NCBI RefSeq assembly: GCF_030144855.1
Contig: NC_082726.1
Span: 57,288,001 to 57,352,000, forward strand
Reading direction: 5' to 3'
Origin: Hypanus sabinus
Taxonomy: Eukaryota
DNA length: 64,000 bases
Shown here piece after piece: positions 26,300 to 39,487 of this stretch. The number at the start of each line of letters is the position of its first letter. The first letter of the stretch is position 1. Under the pieces are notes generated by a model, which made no database searches, was not told the origin of the DNA, and saw only the letters and a list, made by a program, of their open reading frames with translations. The position numbers were made by a program, and so were the translations under genes.

Positions 26300-26496
26300 A
26301 TCCTGCTTGGTGGCACAATTATATCAGTGCCAGACTCCGGAGCGAAGGTTCCCAAGTTCGAATCCAAGTCAGGTTGAGCATTGTGCTAGCAACTCAGCCT
26401 TGTAAAAACAAGAATAGCTTGCTATGGAAACTCCATCATGACGGTGCCCCGATAACTCCACTGCCAAGTTAAGGGCTATTCTTCTTCTTCTTCTTC
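26300..26496 (+). mobile_element. tRNA-derived SINE with (TTC)n tail and 13-bp TSD, inserted in CR1 RT
   Basis: TSD ctccaagtaccct at 26287-26299 and 26497-26509. A-box tggtggcac..., B-box agttcgaatcc. Confidence 0.9.
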
Positions 26497-26567
26497 CTCC
26501 AAGTACCCTGCGAACTCATCCTTAATAATCGACTCCAACATCTTCCCAACTACTGAGGTCAGACTAA

Positions 26568-27000
26568 AGGCTGATTTATACTTTTTCGTCGCATCTATGC
26601 TATAGGTACTGCGCACCCTACGCCGCAGGGTGACGTGTTCCTCCCCAAAGAAGTAACTCAAACATTGTGCCAACGCAGACTGCAAAAACTGTGATTGGTC
26701 CGCTTGGCAGCATCGTATTTCCTCCTATGCATGTCCAGTTGCCTCTTCTCTGCCATGTCTGCACACCGATGCGAAATAGATGAACCAAATCATCAGATCT
26801 ACCTGCTGACATGCGAAAATGTTTGAAATGCATTTCCTCATTCATGTCTCTCACAAAGAAACTCAACACAATGGCATAGAAACCTCACCGCCAACCAGCA
26901 TTTTGACGCACAACAATGCATTCTCGCTATGGCGTAAAGTGATGCAGAAGTGAAAATTAGGGCTACGGCGTAGCCCGTATGCACAGGTATAAATCAGCCT
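26568..27000. mobile_element. PIF/Harbinger-type MITE inserted into CR1
   Basis: 14-bp perfect TIR AGGCTGATTTATAC / GTATAAATCAGCCT with TAA TSD on both sides. Removing it restores the CR1 sequence gaggtcagactaactggcct. CpG-rich, suggesting a young insertion. Confidence 0.88.
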
Positions 27001-29289
27001 TAACTGGCCTACAGTTTCCTTTCTTCTGCTTCTCTCCCTTCCTGAAGAATGGAGGGACATTTACAATTCTCCAGTCTTCCAGAAACATTCCAGAATCTAG
27101 TGATACTTGAAAGATCATTACTAATGCTTCCATGATCTCTTTCAGAACTCTTATAGAATTTTATAAGGAACTGGTCAGACTGCACTTGAACTCTGGGGTA
27201 TACACCATCTAGTCCAAGTGACTTATCTACCTACAGGCCTTCCAGTTTCCCAAGAATCATCTCTTTAGTTGTGCAAACTTCACACATTTCATGACCCCTG
27301 ACACCTGGAACTTCCACCGTACTACTAGTGTCTTCCACGGTAAGATGCAAACTACTCATTTTGTTCATCTGCCATTTCCTGTCCCTCATTACTACCTCTC
27401 CAGCATCATTTTCCAGCAGTCCACCCTTGCCTCACTTTTATACTTTATGTAGCTGAAGAAACTATTGGTATCCTCTTTAATATTATAGGCTAGTTTACTT
27501 CTGTATTCCATCTTTATCTTCTTAATGATTTTTTTTAGTTGCCTTCTGTTGGTATTTAAAAGCTTCCCAATCCCCTAACTTGCACTAATTTTTGCTCTAC
27601 CATATGCCCTCTCCTTGGCTTTTATGTTGGCTTTGACTTCCCTTATTAGCCACGGTTGTGTCATCTTGGCTTTAGAATACTTCTTTCTCTTTGGGAAGTA
27701 TATGCCTTCCAAATTGTTTTCAGAAATTCCAGCCATCTCTGACAGTCTTTTTTTTTCCAATCAACTTGAGCCAACTCGTCTCTCACACCTCTGTAATTTC
27801 CTTTATTCCACTGTAATACTGATACGTCTGACTTTAGCTTCTCTTTGTCAAATTTTAGGGTGAATTTAATCATATTATTATCACTTTCCCTAAGGGTTCT
27901 TTCACCTTAAGCTTTCTAATCAATTCTGGTTCATTGCACAACACCCAGTCCAGAATAGCTAGTGGGCTCAACCATGGGCTGCTCTAAAAAGCCATCTCGT
28001 GGGCATTCTAGAAATTCTCCCTCTCGGAATCCCACACCAACCTAATTTACCAAATCTACCTGCATATTGAAATCCCCTATGACTACTGCAACACTGCCCA
28101 TTTGGCATGCATGTTCCATATCCCGTTTTAATTTGTAGACCACATCCTCTTAATTTGTAGATCAACTATAATCTTACTATTTGGAGGTCTGCATAACTCC
28201 CATTAGGTTGTTTATACCCTTACAGTTCCTTAGATCCATCCACCATGATCCAACACCTTTTGACCCTATGTCACCTCTTCCTAATGATTTAATTTCATGT
28301 TCTACCAACCCCTCTGCCTTCCTGCCCATCCTTTCAATATAATGTGTATCCTTAAACATTAAATTCCCAACTATAATCTTAATGATTAGTGATGACTACA
28401 TCACACATGCCAGTATCTAACTCTGCTCCAAATTCATCGACCTTATTCTGTATACTGTGCACATTCAAATATAACATCTTTAGTCCTATATTCACCCTTT
28501 CGATTTTGTCCACCTTTTATTTTGCAACTCACGCTGTTGACTGCAATTTTGTCCTATCATCAGCCTCTCCTTTCTAGGAGTCTCACTACACACTGCCTCT
28601 GTAAACCAACTACCTCATCTATCACGCCGGGTTCCCATACCCCAACCAAGTTAGCTTAAACCCACTCAAGCAACTATAACCAATCTGCCCACAAGGATAT
28701 TGGACCCCTCAGGTTCAAGGGTAACGGTCCCTTTTGTACAGGTCCTGCATTCCCTAGAAGAAAGCCCAATAAACCATAAATCTGAACCCCTGCCCCTTAT
28801 ACCAGTTCCTCAGCCACACATTCAGCTGCCAAATAATCCTATTCTTACACTCACTGGCACATGGCACAGGCAGCAATCCAGAGGTTATTATCCTGAAGGT
28901 TCTGTTTCTCAGCTTTTTAACCTAGCTGTTTAAAATCTCTCTTCAGGACCTCCTCATTTTGTCTACCTATGTCACTGGTGCCAATATGTACCAAGACTTC
29001 TGATTGCTCATCTTCACCCTTGAGAAAACCATGGACATGAACCAAGACACCCCTGATCCTGGCACCAGGGAGGCAATATACCATCCCTGTGTCTCTATTG
29101 CGCCCACAGAACCTCATCTCTGTTCCTCTAAGTAATCTCATATCAACACCGCAGTCCTCTCAGTCCTCTTCACCTCTCTGCTCTTCTGAGCCACAGCACC
29201 AGACACAGTGCCAGAGACCCGGTCACTGTGGCTCCCCCCCCCCCCCCCGGTAAGTCATCCCCCTCAACAGTATCTAAAGTGGTACTGTA

Positions 29290-29994
29290 CTTGAGCTACT
29301 GTCACCTTCCTGTCACTTGGACCAGTTTGGCCATTCTCCTCTGACCTCACTCATTAATGAGGTGTTTTCACCCACAGAACAGCCTCTGACTGGATTTTTT
29401 TTGTTTTTCACACCATTCTCTGTAAATTCTAAAAGATTATTGTGCATGAAAATACTAGGCAATCAACAGTTTCTGAGATACTCAAACCACCCCATCTGGC
29501 ACCATCAATCATTCCATGATTAAAGTCACTTAGATCACATTTCTCCCTCATTTTGATATTTGGACTGAGCAACAAATGAAACTCTTTGATCATGTCTAAA
29601 TGCTTTTATGCATTAAGATGCTGTCATGTGATTGGTTAATTAGATATTTCATTAATAATCACGTTTTCAGCAGTACCCAATAAAGTGACCACTGTTAGTT
29701 AGTTAAAGTCTGTCCCAAGCCTTATAGGTTCATCAGACTGGTGCTTATGCTGGTTTCCATGGTGTGAAGCGACTGAGAGTACGAGACTCCTCCCCAGATA
29801 GGACGCCAGTCTATCGCGAGGTTAACCTGCAGCATTTTGCCAGTACCCATTTTCAGCTGGGTGGACTAGAGCAGTGTGTTGTTAAGTGCCTTGCTCAAGG
29901 ACGCAACATGCTGCCTTGGCTGAGGCTTGAACTTACAACCTTCAGATTGCTAGTCCAACGCCTTAACCACTTGGCCATGCTAAAGTGACCACTG
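29290..29994 (-). mobile_element. Tc1-like element remnant, with a SINE inserted in its TIR
   Basis: Same family as 10162-10864 and 47440-47990. The terminal aataaagtgaccactg is duplicated around the SINE. Confidence 0.7.
29695..29980 (-). mobile_element. CORE-type tRNA SINE with 14-bp TSD
   Basis: Head tggccaagtggttaaggcg..., core gtccttgagcaaggcacttaac, (TAAC)n tail. TSD taaagtgaccactg at 29681-29694 and 29981-29994. Confidence 0.88.
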
Positions 29995-32019
29995 AATATT
30001 AAAAATATATTAAATATGTGATGGAAAAAGAGAGAAAAAGTAGTGATGCAGATTTCAAAGGGTGAAGGGCCTATTCCTCTGCTGTACCATACTCTGTAAC
30101 ATGAGCGTCGCAAAATGAAGCAACACCTCTGAAGCCCCTCAGTCTCGAGCTGTATGAGGTTCCTTCTTACCTAGAAACAAAGAGAGGACTGCCCATAGAA
30201 CCAACAGCAGGGGAAATTTGCCAATTAGGTCCTGAACTAAACAGATACCTTCTTTGTATAGTGCCAGTCCAATAGGCAGATATGATGGACACCGCCTCTG
30301 CTGTTTGCTGCTGTCAGTCTGGTATTTGAAAGACACATGTGATAGTAACAGGGAGTGACAGGAAGAACGTTAATCCCAGCTGCCCACTGAGCTGACAGCA
30401 GGTAGGCAAAGATGCTTGCAATTGGGAAGAGTTGGAGAGAAGAGGGAGAATAATCAGGAGCATCTGTGTTCAGATTAAACCAAAGTCTGATATAACCCTA
30501 AACCTAACAGGGATGAAACACAAACGTTGCTGAAGAAACTCAGCAGGACAGGCAGCATCTATGGAAGAAAATGCTGCCTGACCTGCTGAGTTCCTCCAGA
30601 TTCCAGCATCTGTAGTCATAGAGTCCTAGAAAAGTACAGCACAGAAACAGGCCCTTTAGACCATCTAGTCTGTGCAAAACCATTTAAACCCTCACCTTAA
30701 ATGCATCCCCTCTAGACTTACTCATTTTGACCTTGGAAAATGATACCTGTTGTCTGTTCTATCTATATCCCTCGAAATCTTACAAACTTTTATCAGGTCC
30801 TCTCTCACCTTTCGCCACTTCAGACAAAATAGCCCAAGTTTCTCCATAATATTCTTGAAGTGCGTGCTTAATAATCCAGTACAAGAGGCCCTAGACTGCC
30901 ATTTCTGAATATGAGTAGGGACTGGAATTTAAATAGTTGTCCTTTGAGAAGTCCTGGCTTTTGTGGATGGAGTGAAGGTGCTTTGCCAGCCCTTTACCTT
31001 TTCCACCTATCACCTCAAAGCTACTTACTTCATCCCCTGTTGGCCACCCATCTGGTTTCACCTATTAACTTCTAGCTTGTACTCCTTCCCCTTGCCCCAC
31101 CTTCTTACCCTGGCTTCTTTCCCTTTCCTTTCCAGTCCCGATGAAGGGTTTCAACCTGAAGTGTCGACTGTTCATTCATTTCCATAGAAGTTGCTTAATG
31201 TGCTGAGTTCCTCTAGCATTGTGTGTGTGTGTTGCTCAACATATTCGGGGACCTCTTCTATCTGTCAATTTCTCTTCTCCTCACTCTCATTGGGCAGAGA
31301 CGCCTGAAAGCACGGACTTCCAGGCTCAAATTCAGCTTCTATCCTGCTGTAATAAGAGTTTATTGGTACTTGTTTAACATCTTCACGTGTACCACGATAC
31401 AGTGAAAAGCTTGTCTTGCATACTGGTCATGCAGATCAGATTATTAGACAGTGCACTGAGTTATAACATTGCAGAATAGGGTGTAATAAAAACTATGAAA
31501 AAAATGCTCTGTAGGTAAACAATAAAGTGCAAGATCATAATGAGGTAGATTGTGAGGTAAGAGTCCATTTTATCATACAGGAGGCCCATTCCAGACTCTG
31601 ATAACAGTGGGATTGAAGCTGTATTTGAACCTGATGGGACATGCTTTCAGACTTTTGCATCTTTTGCTCAATGGGAGAGGAGAGAAGAGAGGGTGGGTGG
31701 GGTCAATACCTTAACAAAATGGCTTGAAAGCATGTACCACAAGATTCAAGACCGACTTCTATCACACTATTGATAGAATCAACTTCGTCGTGGATCTTGC
31801 ATTATATTTGCCCACCAGCACTGCATTTTTCTGTAAGTGTAACGCATTATTCTACATTTTGGTTTTCTCATTTAACACCTTGATGTACTTGTGTACAGAA
31901 TGATCTGTCTGGATCACTGTGGCTGCAAGTAGAAGCATTTCACTGTACCTCAGTACCACTGATAATAATTAACCAATACCAATTTAATGCAGCATTAGGG
32001 TTAATTTTAAAATGACAGA

Positions 32020-32850
32020 AAGCTTTCTGGGGGGGGCAGAGCAAAGTTAAGATGGTGCTAAACTGTGACTCCTTTGCTTGCATCTTCAGAAACAGCTCTA
32101 TTTCCATCTTTAATATCTTTATTTTCCCGTTCAAGGTTCTTTTGAAGACTCTGACCTGGAGTTCCACACTGACTTCGGTTCTTTGCGGGAATGGGACCCA
32201 TCCTTGGGGTTTCAGGACTGGCCATTGTTGGGCACAACAAGGGTTTGGCCTGAGAGTCCAGTTTGGATTTGGAAGCCTAAGATCTTGGGGCTCTGGAGAC
32301 AAGCGGATCGAGGGTCACAGGAGACCCGTGTGTCATCGGGGGAGTCAGAAATCTACTTCTGTGTGCCCGATGACCCAGGATCTTTGCAATCTTCAGGCAC
32401 AGAGCTCGAAAAAAGCCATGTAACAGACTTTTAACATTGTAAACCAGTGAGCTGTTTGTTATGTCTCCCTGCTCGCTGAGAAAACGGAGACACCTCCTTC
32501 TCCTTTATTAGGGAGAGACAGAAAACCTGTGGCATGTTGAATTCCAGGTGAAACGTGAAGACTTTGGGGTAACTGCAAGTCTGTGCCTTTGCTGTGGCTT
32601 TGCTCACGCTTCACTGCTTGGTGGCGGTGCCAATGTTGCTTTTTTTTGCCGTTGGGGGGGGGATTGTTGCTCGCTACCACTTACGCACGGGAGGGGAAAC
32701 CTGGGAGAACCTTGGGTTCTTACGTTTAACTGCCATTCATTGGGGCACTTCTCTATTTTCATGGATGTTTGCAAAGAAAATGCACTTCAGGATGTATATT
32801 GTACACATTTCTCTGACATTAAATTGGACCTTTGAACCTTCGAACCTTCA
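32020..32850 (+). mobile_element. Non-autonomous retroelement (~830 bp) with (TGAACCT)n-type tail
   Basis: Starts near aagatggtg and ends ggacctttgaaccttcgaacctt. Its 3' part recurs at ~34335-34385 and 34555-34590, split there by a hAT MITE starting cagtggtccccaacc at 34387. Confidence 0.55.
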
Positions 32851-32996
32851 AAGACCGAGGAGAAATGTTCAAGGATTCTCCTCACTGTACCTCAGTGCAT
32901 TTTCATTTTCTTGGGAAAATTAGGGAAGGAGAAGTTTCTGAGGTCTCCTTGACTCGACAGCCACCTCACACAGTGGGACATCTCGGCACGACTTAC

Positions 32997-33117
32997 CTGT
33001 GGATAACCTTGGCTGGTGTGATGGGGAACATCCAATGAAGACTGCTTTGGTCTTGGGTACTCCACTGTGGTGACACTGATACCAGCCAGCCTGGGGGATT
33101 TCATTAACATTTTTGAC
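32997..33117 (-). CDS. CCDC33: CCDC33-like internal exon (SKMLMKSPRLAGISVTTVEYPRPKQSSLDVPHHTSQGYPQ)
   Basis: Acceptor ttttttctttaaacag, donor CAG|gtaagt, 121 nt, phase 2-0, which fits the preceding exon. Resembles recalled human VGLPITPLSFP...FDVPRVSQNGCPQ. Confidence 0.88.
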
Positions 33118-33606
33118 CTGTTTAAAGAAAAAAAATCAATACCCACAGACCCATTAGATTAAAATCTCAGGGCCATACCAGCTGTGTGACATTTCCAGTG
33201 AAGTTCTAGAGTCATGCAACATAGAAACACGCCCTTCAGTTCAAATAGACTGTGCCAACCACGATTCCCATCCAAGCTGGTCCACCTTTGGCCTATATCC
33301 CTCTAAGCCTTTCTATTCATGTACCTGTCCAAGTGTGGTGTATATGCCCCAAGCACTTCCTCCGGCAGCTTATTCCACATACACATCACCCTCTGGGTCA
33401 AAAGGTTGCCTCTCAGGTTCCTAGTAAATCTCTGCATGCTCACTCTGAACCTGTGTCCAGCCATTCTAGATTCCCCAATTGAGGGTAAAGATCCTGTTAG
33501 TTCCATCATAGTTTGGTACAGCAATTCAAATGTACGAAACTGCAGAGATTGGAGGAATCTGTCAAATACATCCCGGGCTGATCCCTCCCAATCATCTGTA
33601 GTGCCT

Positions 33607-34102
33607 ATAGAACCATAGAACACTACGGCACAGTACAGGCCCTTCAGCCCTCCATGTTGTGCCGACCCATATAATCCTTAAAAAAAAGTACTAAACCCAC
33701 ACTACCCCATAACCCTCCATTTTCCTTTCATCCACGTGCCTGCCCAAGACGCTCTTAAATACCCCTAATGTTTTAGCCTCCACCACCATCCCTGGCAAAT
33801 CATTCCAGGCACTCACAACCCTCTGTGTAAAAAACTTACCCTTGATGTCTCCCCTAAATTTCCCTCCCTTAATTTTGTACATATGCCCTCTGGTGTTTGC
33901 TATTGGTGCCCTGGGAAACAGGTACTGACTATCCACCCTATCTATACCTCTCATAATCTTGTAGAGCTCTATCAAATCCCCTCTCATTCTTCTACACTCC
34001 AAAGAGAAAAGTCCCAGCTCTGCTAACCTTGCTTCATATGACTTGTTCTCCAATCCAGGTAATATCCTGGTAAATCTCCTCTGCACCCTCTCCATAGCTT
34101 CC
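33607..34102 (-). mobile_element. CR1 LINE 3' fragment
   Basis: 134-aa ORF ERVQRRFTR..LGLFSLE..FFTQRVVSAWNDLP with a tctatggttctat tail. Confidence 0.93.
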
Positions 34103-37100
34103 TAACAGGGGGTGCTGCCCCAAGGAGGCAACATCCACCACTTAAGATGCATCCATCATCCATTATCGATCATTGCCTATCATCCAGGCGACGCCATCTT
34201 CACACAGCTACAATGAGGCAGGGGGTAGAGAAGAAAGAAGTCCGACACCACCTCGTTCCTGCCAGCTGCTCCCTTCAACCATTCGGTTCTCGAACTACCC
34301 TGCAGAACCCCAATCTCTATTTCAGCCAGGCAGCATTATTTTCGTGGATGTTTGCAAAGAAGTATTTCAGGATGTATATTGTAGACCAGTGGTCCCCAAC
34401 CTCCGGGCCGTGGACCGATACCGATCCACGAAGAATGCAGGGGTGCAGTGGTACCCGGAACGCACCCAGCACATCTTTAAGAAAAAAGCCCAAATAAACA
34501 AGCTAATTAATTAGGTGCTGCCCGGCACGTAAAATCGGCCCTGATCAGAGGCAATGTTCTCTGACATTAAATGTACCTATTGAAACTTTGCATTAAAATT
34601 GACTTTGTTCTAATTGTGGTCTTTCTTTTAAAACTGTGTATAGTTTATATTTAATTTTAGGCTTTTCTTGTGACTGCTGCTTGTCTGATGCTTTGTGCCT
34701 GTGATGCTGCTAAAGGTAAGATTTTCACTGAGAAAATGTAAAAAGGTTGGAGGGAGGACAGGGCTTGTTTTGTTGTTGCTGTTTTGGTGCTTGTTCAGTT
34801 CTGTTTTGCCATGTTGTTTGTCGTCCTGCTGAGCGTTGTGGCCATACCGTGTTGGTGCCAGCTTGTGTAGCGACAATTGTGGGCTTCCGCCAGCACATCC
34901 TTAGGTTATGTTGGTAGTTAATGCAAATGATGTGTTTTAACATACATGCAATAATAATTTTGAACCTGATTATTTTCAATGGTGTATATGTACTTGTGCA
35001 TATGACAACATACTCAACTTAGAGAAGATGGTTCCTGTCTCCCACACAGTTTCCTACCCAACCTACTACCCCGAGATGTCAACTCACTCAGCAGACTGCC
35101 AGGATAAAAAAGCAGAGCACAGTAATATCCATAAGCCCAATTTCCCTTCATTCCCCTCATCAGGAAACACCAGGTATGCCTTCTCTCGACACCTGAGGTA
35201 ATTACCCAAGGCTTAATAAGGTCAGACTGCATTTGAAGTAATGTGAGCAGTTTTGGGCTCCATATCTAAGAAAGGATCTGCTGGCATTGTAGAGGATTCA
35301 CAGGAGCTTCACGAGAATGATCCTGGGAATGAAAGGGTTAATATATGAGGAGCATTTATTGGCATTTATAGAATTTAGAAGAATGAGGTAGGATTTCATT
35401 GAAAACTACCGAATATTGAGAGTACTAAGTAGAGTGGACGTGAAGACGATGTTTCCAAATTCATTGTCACATATGGCTGTGGATGCCAAGTCATTAAAGC
35501 AAAGGCTGATAGATTGTTGATTAGTAAGAGCGTCAAAAATTACAAAGAGATGGCAGTGAAATGGGTTTGAGAGGGAAAGTAAATCAGCCATGTTCAAATG
35601 GAGGAGAAAACTCAATGGGCTAACTCTGCTCTTATGTCTTATGGTTAACCATGATAATTCACTGAGCTTCCCCAATTAATAGGCCACAATCCACAGGACG
35701 CTGTTTCAAATTTATAATAGCATTCCACCAACATGGCTGCAGTGCCTGCATTGATTTTAATTGAGGAACCAGCAAGCGCTAAAGGCCATCAAAGGTGCGA
35801 AGAATAATAAAGAACAAAGGAATGATTAATAATTAATGGTGGAACAGCTTGTGCACCTGCCTAGTATTCACCTCACTGCGGGGACTCCCAATTTAAGCCC
35901 AGCTATCAGGATATTCAGAAATACAGTTAGAGAGAGGAAGAGGCAAATGGAGAAAGGGTGGGGGGGTGGGGGAATAGAGAGGGCTATATAGAGGAGGGGA
36001 AGAGAGTGTACGTATTTGAGAGAGAGAGAGAGAAATACAAAGAGAAATTGATACTTGCATGAAGATATAAAGGGAGTGATAAAATTAGTTAAAGAAGGCT
36101 TAGAAAACAAGAGAGACAGGTATGAAGAGTGAAGATATGAAGGTATTATAAACTGAGAATGCAACGGTACAGGTGCAGACAAAAACAGAGACACCTATTC
36201 CTTTCAGCTACCCTGCCATCATATCACCTCCCTTCACATCCCCACCTCCCTCCCTGTCTTCCATAGTCTACTGCCCTCTCCTAACAGATTCCTATTCTTC
36301 AGCCCTTTTCCATCTATGCTATCACATCTCAGCTTCTCAAATCACTCTCTGTGCCCCACCCACCCACCTTCCCCTTCACCTGGCTTCACCTATTACCTGC
36401 CATCGTGTACTCCTTCCTCTCCCCCCACCTCCTTACTTTGACACCTTGCCACTTTCTTTCCAGTCCCGATGGAGGGTTTCAGCCTGAAATGTTCACTTTT
36501 TATTCCCCTCCATAGATGGTGCCTGACTTGCTGAATTCCTCCAGCGTTTTGTGTGTGTTGTTCAAGATTTCCAGTATCTGCAGAGTCTCCTACGAGGGGA
36601 AATAGAGGGCAATATTCTCCCAATGTCATGTTCAATGTGTGGCACAGGGCAGAAGAGAACACCATTAAGACATCATACAGCCAGATAAATCCAGTTCCCA
36701 AGTACCTAACCAATCCTTAGGTGACCATAGTATGTGCTGGTGTGACTACAAAGATAAACTCTGACCTGCAGGAATCTGAGAGGCCTAAGATGGAGGTGGT
36801 CAACAGTTCTTGTTGGGGGAAAGGGAGAGACAAGAAGATGTAAAAGAATTCAAATATTAATGACACCTTAGATAGAAACCTGACACCTGAGATAGAAACC
36901 TAAGAGGCTACTTTTTGAATGTAAGTGGAATGAGCTTCTAGGTATAGTAGCAGATGCAGGTACTAGACAACATTAAAAAGACAAATGGACAGAGGGAAAG
37001 GGTTCAAAGTTCAAAGTAAATTTATTATCAAAGTACATATTTGTCACTTCATACTACCATCAGATTCACTTTCTGTGGGGGCATTCACAGTAAATACAAA

Positions 37101-37793
37101 GAAACACGATTGACTCAATGAGCAACCACACACAACAAAGAGAGACGAACAACCAAAAGGCAAAAAAAAAATGACAAACTGCAAACACAAAGAGAAAAAG
37201 AAATAACAATAAATAACTAAATAATTCTGAGAACATGAATTGTAGAGTCCTTGAAAATGGAGTAGGTTCAGTGTCAAGGTAAGTGAAATTATCCACTCTC
37301 AAGATTCAGCAGCCTGAATTGTAATAACTGTTCCTGAACCTGGTGGTGTGGGACCCAAAGCTCCTGTGCCTTATTCTCGATGGCAGCAGAAGGAAGAGAG
37401 CATCACCCGATGGTACGGGTCCTTGACAGTGGAAAGTTATGGCCTAAATACTGTCAAATGAGATGAGCTGGGATCAGATAGCTTAGTCAGCATGGAACAT
37501 TTGGGCTGAAAGGGCAGCTTAATGCTGCAAATATCTACAGCTCCATATTGAGAACTTTCTCCCTTACCAAAGACCTATTCCTAGTTTAAATGGGAAGTTT
37601 TCAATCCAGAACATTAACCTTTTCCTTCTTCAAGAATGCGGCCACAGACCGCCTCCAGGACTTCCTACTTTCATTACGGATTACTTTGAGTGTTGGTCAA
37701 CTAGACCCTCTACGCAGTTCCTAGAATGCCCGAGAGGTAGGAATTGCAATGTAATTTGTTAACCAATTCAATAACTGTAGTCCACCCACTTAC

Positions 37794-37885
37794 TTGTAGG
37801 ATTCATAGTCAGGAACGATCCTGGCTACTGCAAGGAGGGGGCCTGAGGGGTCCTTCAAAGGACATTCCACCGCGCGAAGCAGCAC
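37794..37885 (-). CDS. CCDC33: CCDC33-like internal exon ([30 protein letters not shown][K])
   Basis: Acceptor gtttctcccag, donor AA|gtaagt, 92 nt, phase 0-2. Resembles recalled human [30 protein letters not shown]. Confidence 0.9.
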
Positions 37886-39473
37886 CTGGGAGAAACGTGA
37901 ATTTGGTTAATGACAGATTGCAGAGTGATGGTCACCAAAATAACCAACAAGGAGGCACCCCTTCCACCCCTAGACTCACCTCAAACTCCAGGACACCACT
38001 TCAGAAACTTATCAGTGCCCAAGTTTCACACAGGAGCAACTACTTTGGGAGAGGAAGAAGGTCTCAACATAGAATCATAGGGTTATACAGCACGGAATCA
38101 GATACGACAGCCCATTTGGTCCTTATTGGCCAAGCTGTTAAATCCAAGCTAGTCCCACTTGCCAGCAATTGGACTGTATCCTTCTAAACCTTTCCAGTCC
38201 ATGTAACTCTCCAACTTTCACTTACAGGTTGTTATTGTACCTGTTTCAACCACTTCCTCTGGTAGCTCATTTAATATCATAAAACTTTGTAAAAACTTGG
38301 CTCTTCATATTCCTATTATATCTTTCTCCTTTCACCTTAAACCTATGTCCTCTAGTTCTCAATTCCCCAACTCTGGGGAAAAAGACTGAGTACATTCACT
38401 CTGTCAGTGCCTCTTACCCTCTCTGTCTCCTATGCTCCAAGGAATAAAGTCCTAGCCTGCCCTATAACATCCTTTTCTGCACACTTTCCATTTTAATAGC
38501 ATCTTTCCAACAGCAGCTTGACTAGAACTGCTGGGAACCAGACTGTCCCCAGATCTGCTCCCAGAGCAGCTGGAGTGGGCCCCAGCCTCAGTCCCTGTTC
38601 ATCATACCAGCAAGGCAAAAACACACAGCAGTCGGAACACAATAAATTCCAAGTGTGGCCTAACCAGAACTCTGTATTAAATTCTATACAGCTACAATAT
38701 TACCTCATGGCTCTTGAGGTCAAACCCTCGATTAATGTAGGATCATACACCACACACCTTCTTAATTACCCTATCAATCTGCACAGGAACTAGAGGGATC
38801 TATGGACTTGGACCTCAAGATTCCTCTGCTCCTCCGCACTGCCCAGAATCCTGCCTACACTCTGCCTTCAAGCTCGAACTTCCACAGTGAATTACTTCAC
38901 CCTTCCACGAACTGAATTCCATCTGCCTCAGGACAGCACTTCCGGACTCTGGGTAAATCTGCACAGGAACTTTTTTCCATTGGACTATCTGCTTTGTCCT
39001 CCACTAGCTGCATTGCTGAGCACCATGCCAACCATGACATCATCAGACTGCAACAAAGAAGGAAATTAGCCCCTCCTCAACTTCCATCCATGCCGGAATT
39101 CTTTTTGGGGGACAAAGATATAACGTATGACCCCAACCACCAATGTTACTGCTGTCTGGAGGAACCATTCTTGCCATTAATTAATTCTGAGCCCATCTGA
39201 TTAAATTTATTTTCAATGTTTCTGTCTGGACTTTTGACCCCAATTCCATTATTCCAGTGGGCATAGTGTTGGAATTGTTCAGAAATCTGAGGCCCAGTTC
39301 CCCAATGGAATGGGAGGGGACCAATCTCCCAAAAAGAACCTCGTTACACCATCTCAACCAGTTAAGGGAAATCCAGCACATCCGCAGTACCAGGAAGGTC
39401 TGCTCCAGACCACCCCTTGAACTCAGCCAGGAGTACAGATAATAGCTGAATTTGTAATACATCAAATGCCTTG

Positions 39474-39487
39474 GTTACCATGGCAAT
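39474..39487. promoter_or_regulatory. RFX X-box motif match GTTACCATGGCAAT
   Basis: 13/14 match to GTTRCCATGGYAAC in repeat-poor intronic DNA. Motif match only. Confidence 0.4.

Larger units (their letters stand above)
25040..29285 (-). mobile_element. Near full-length decayed CR1 LINE (ORF1 esterase, endonuclease, RT, 3' end) with nested SINE and MITE
   Basis: ORF fragments VYCLPGAR..VLVHIGTSDIG (ORF1 SGNH esterase), KSCLTNLLEFFE..VYLDSQKAFDKVPH, GVPQGSVLG..KFADN and LGLYSLE..RRNFFSKRVVNL occur in the correct order. Confidence 0.92.
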
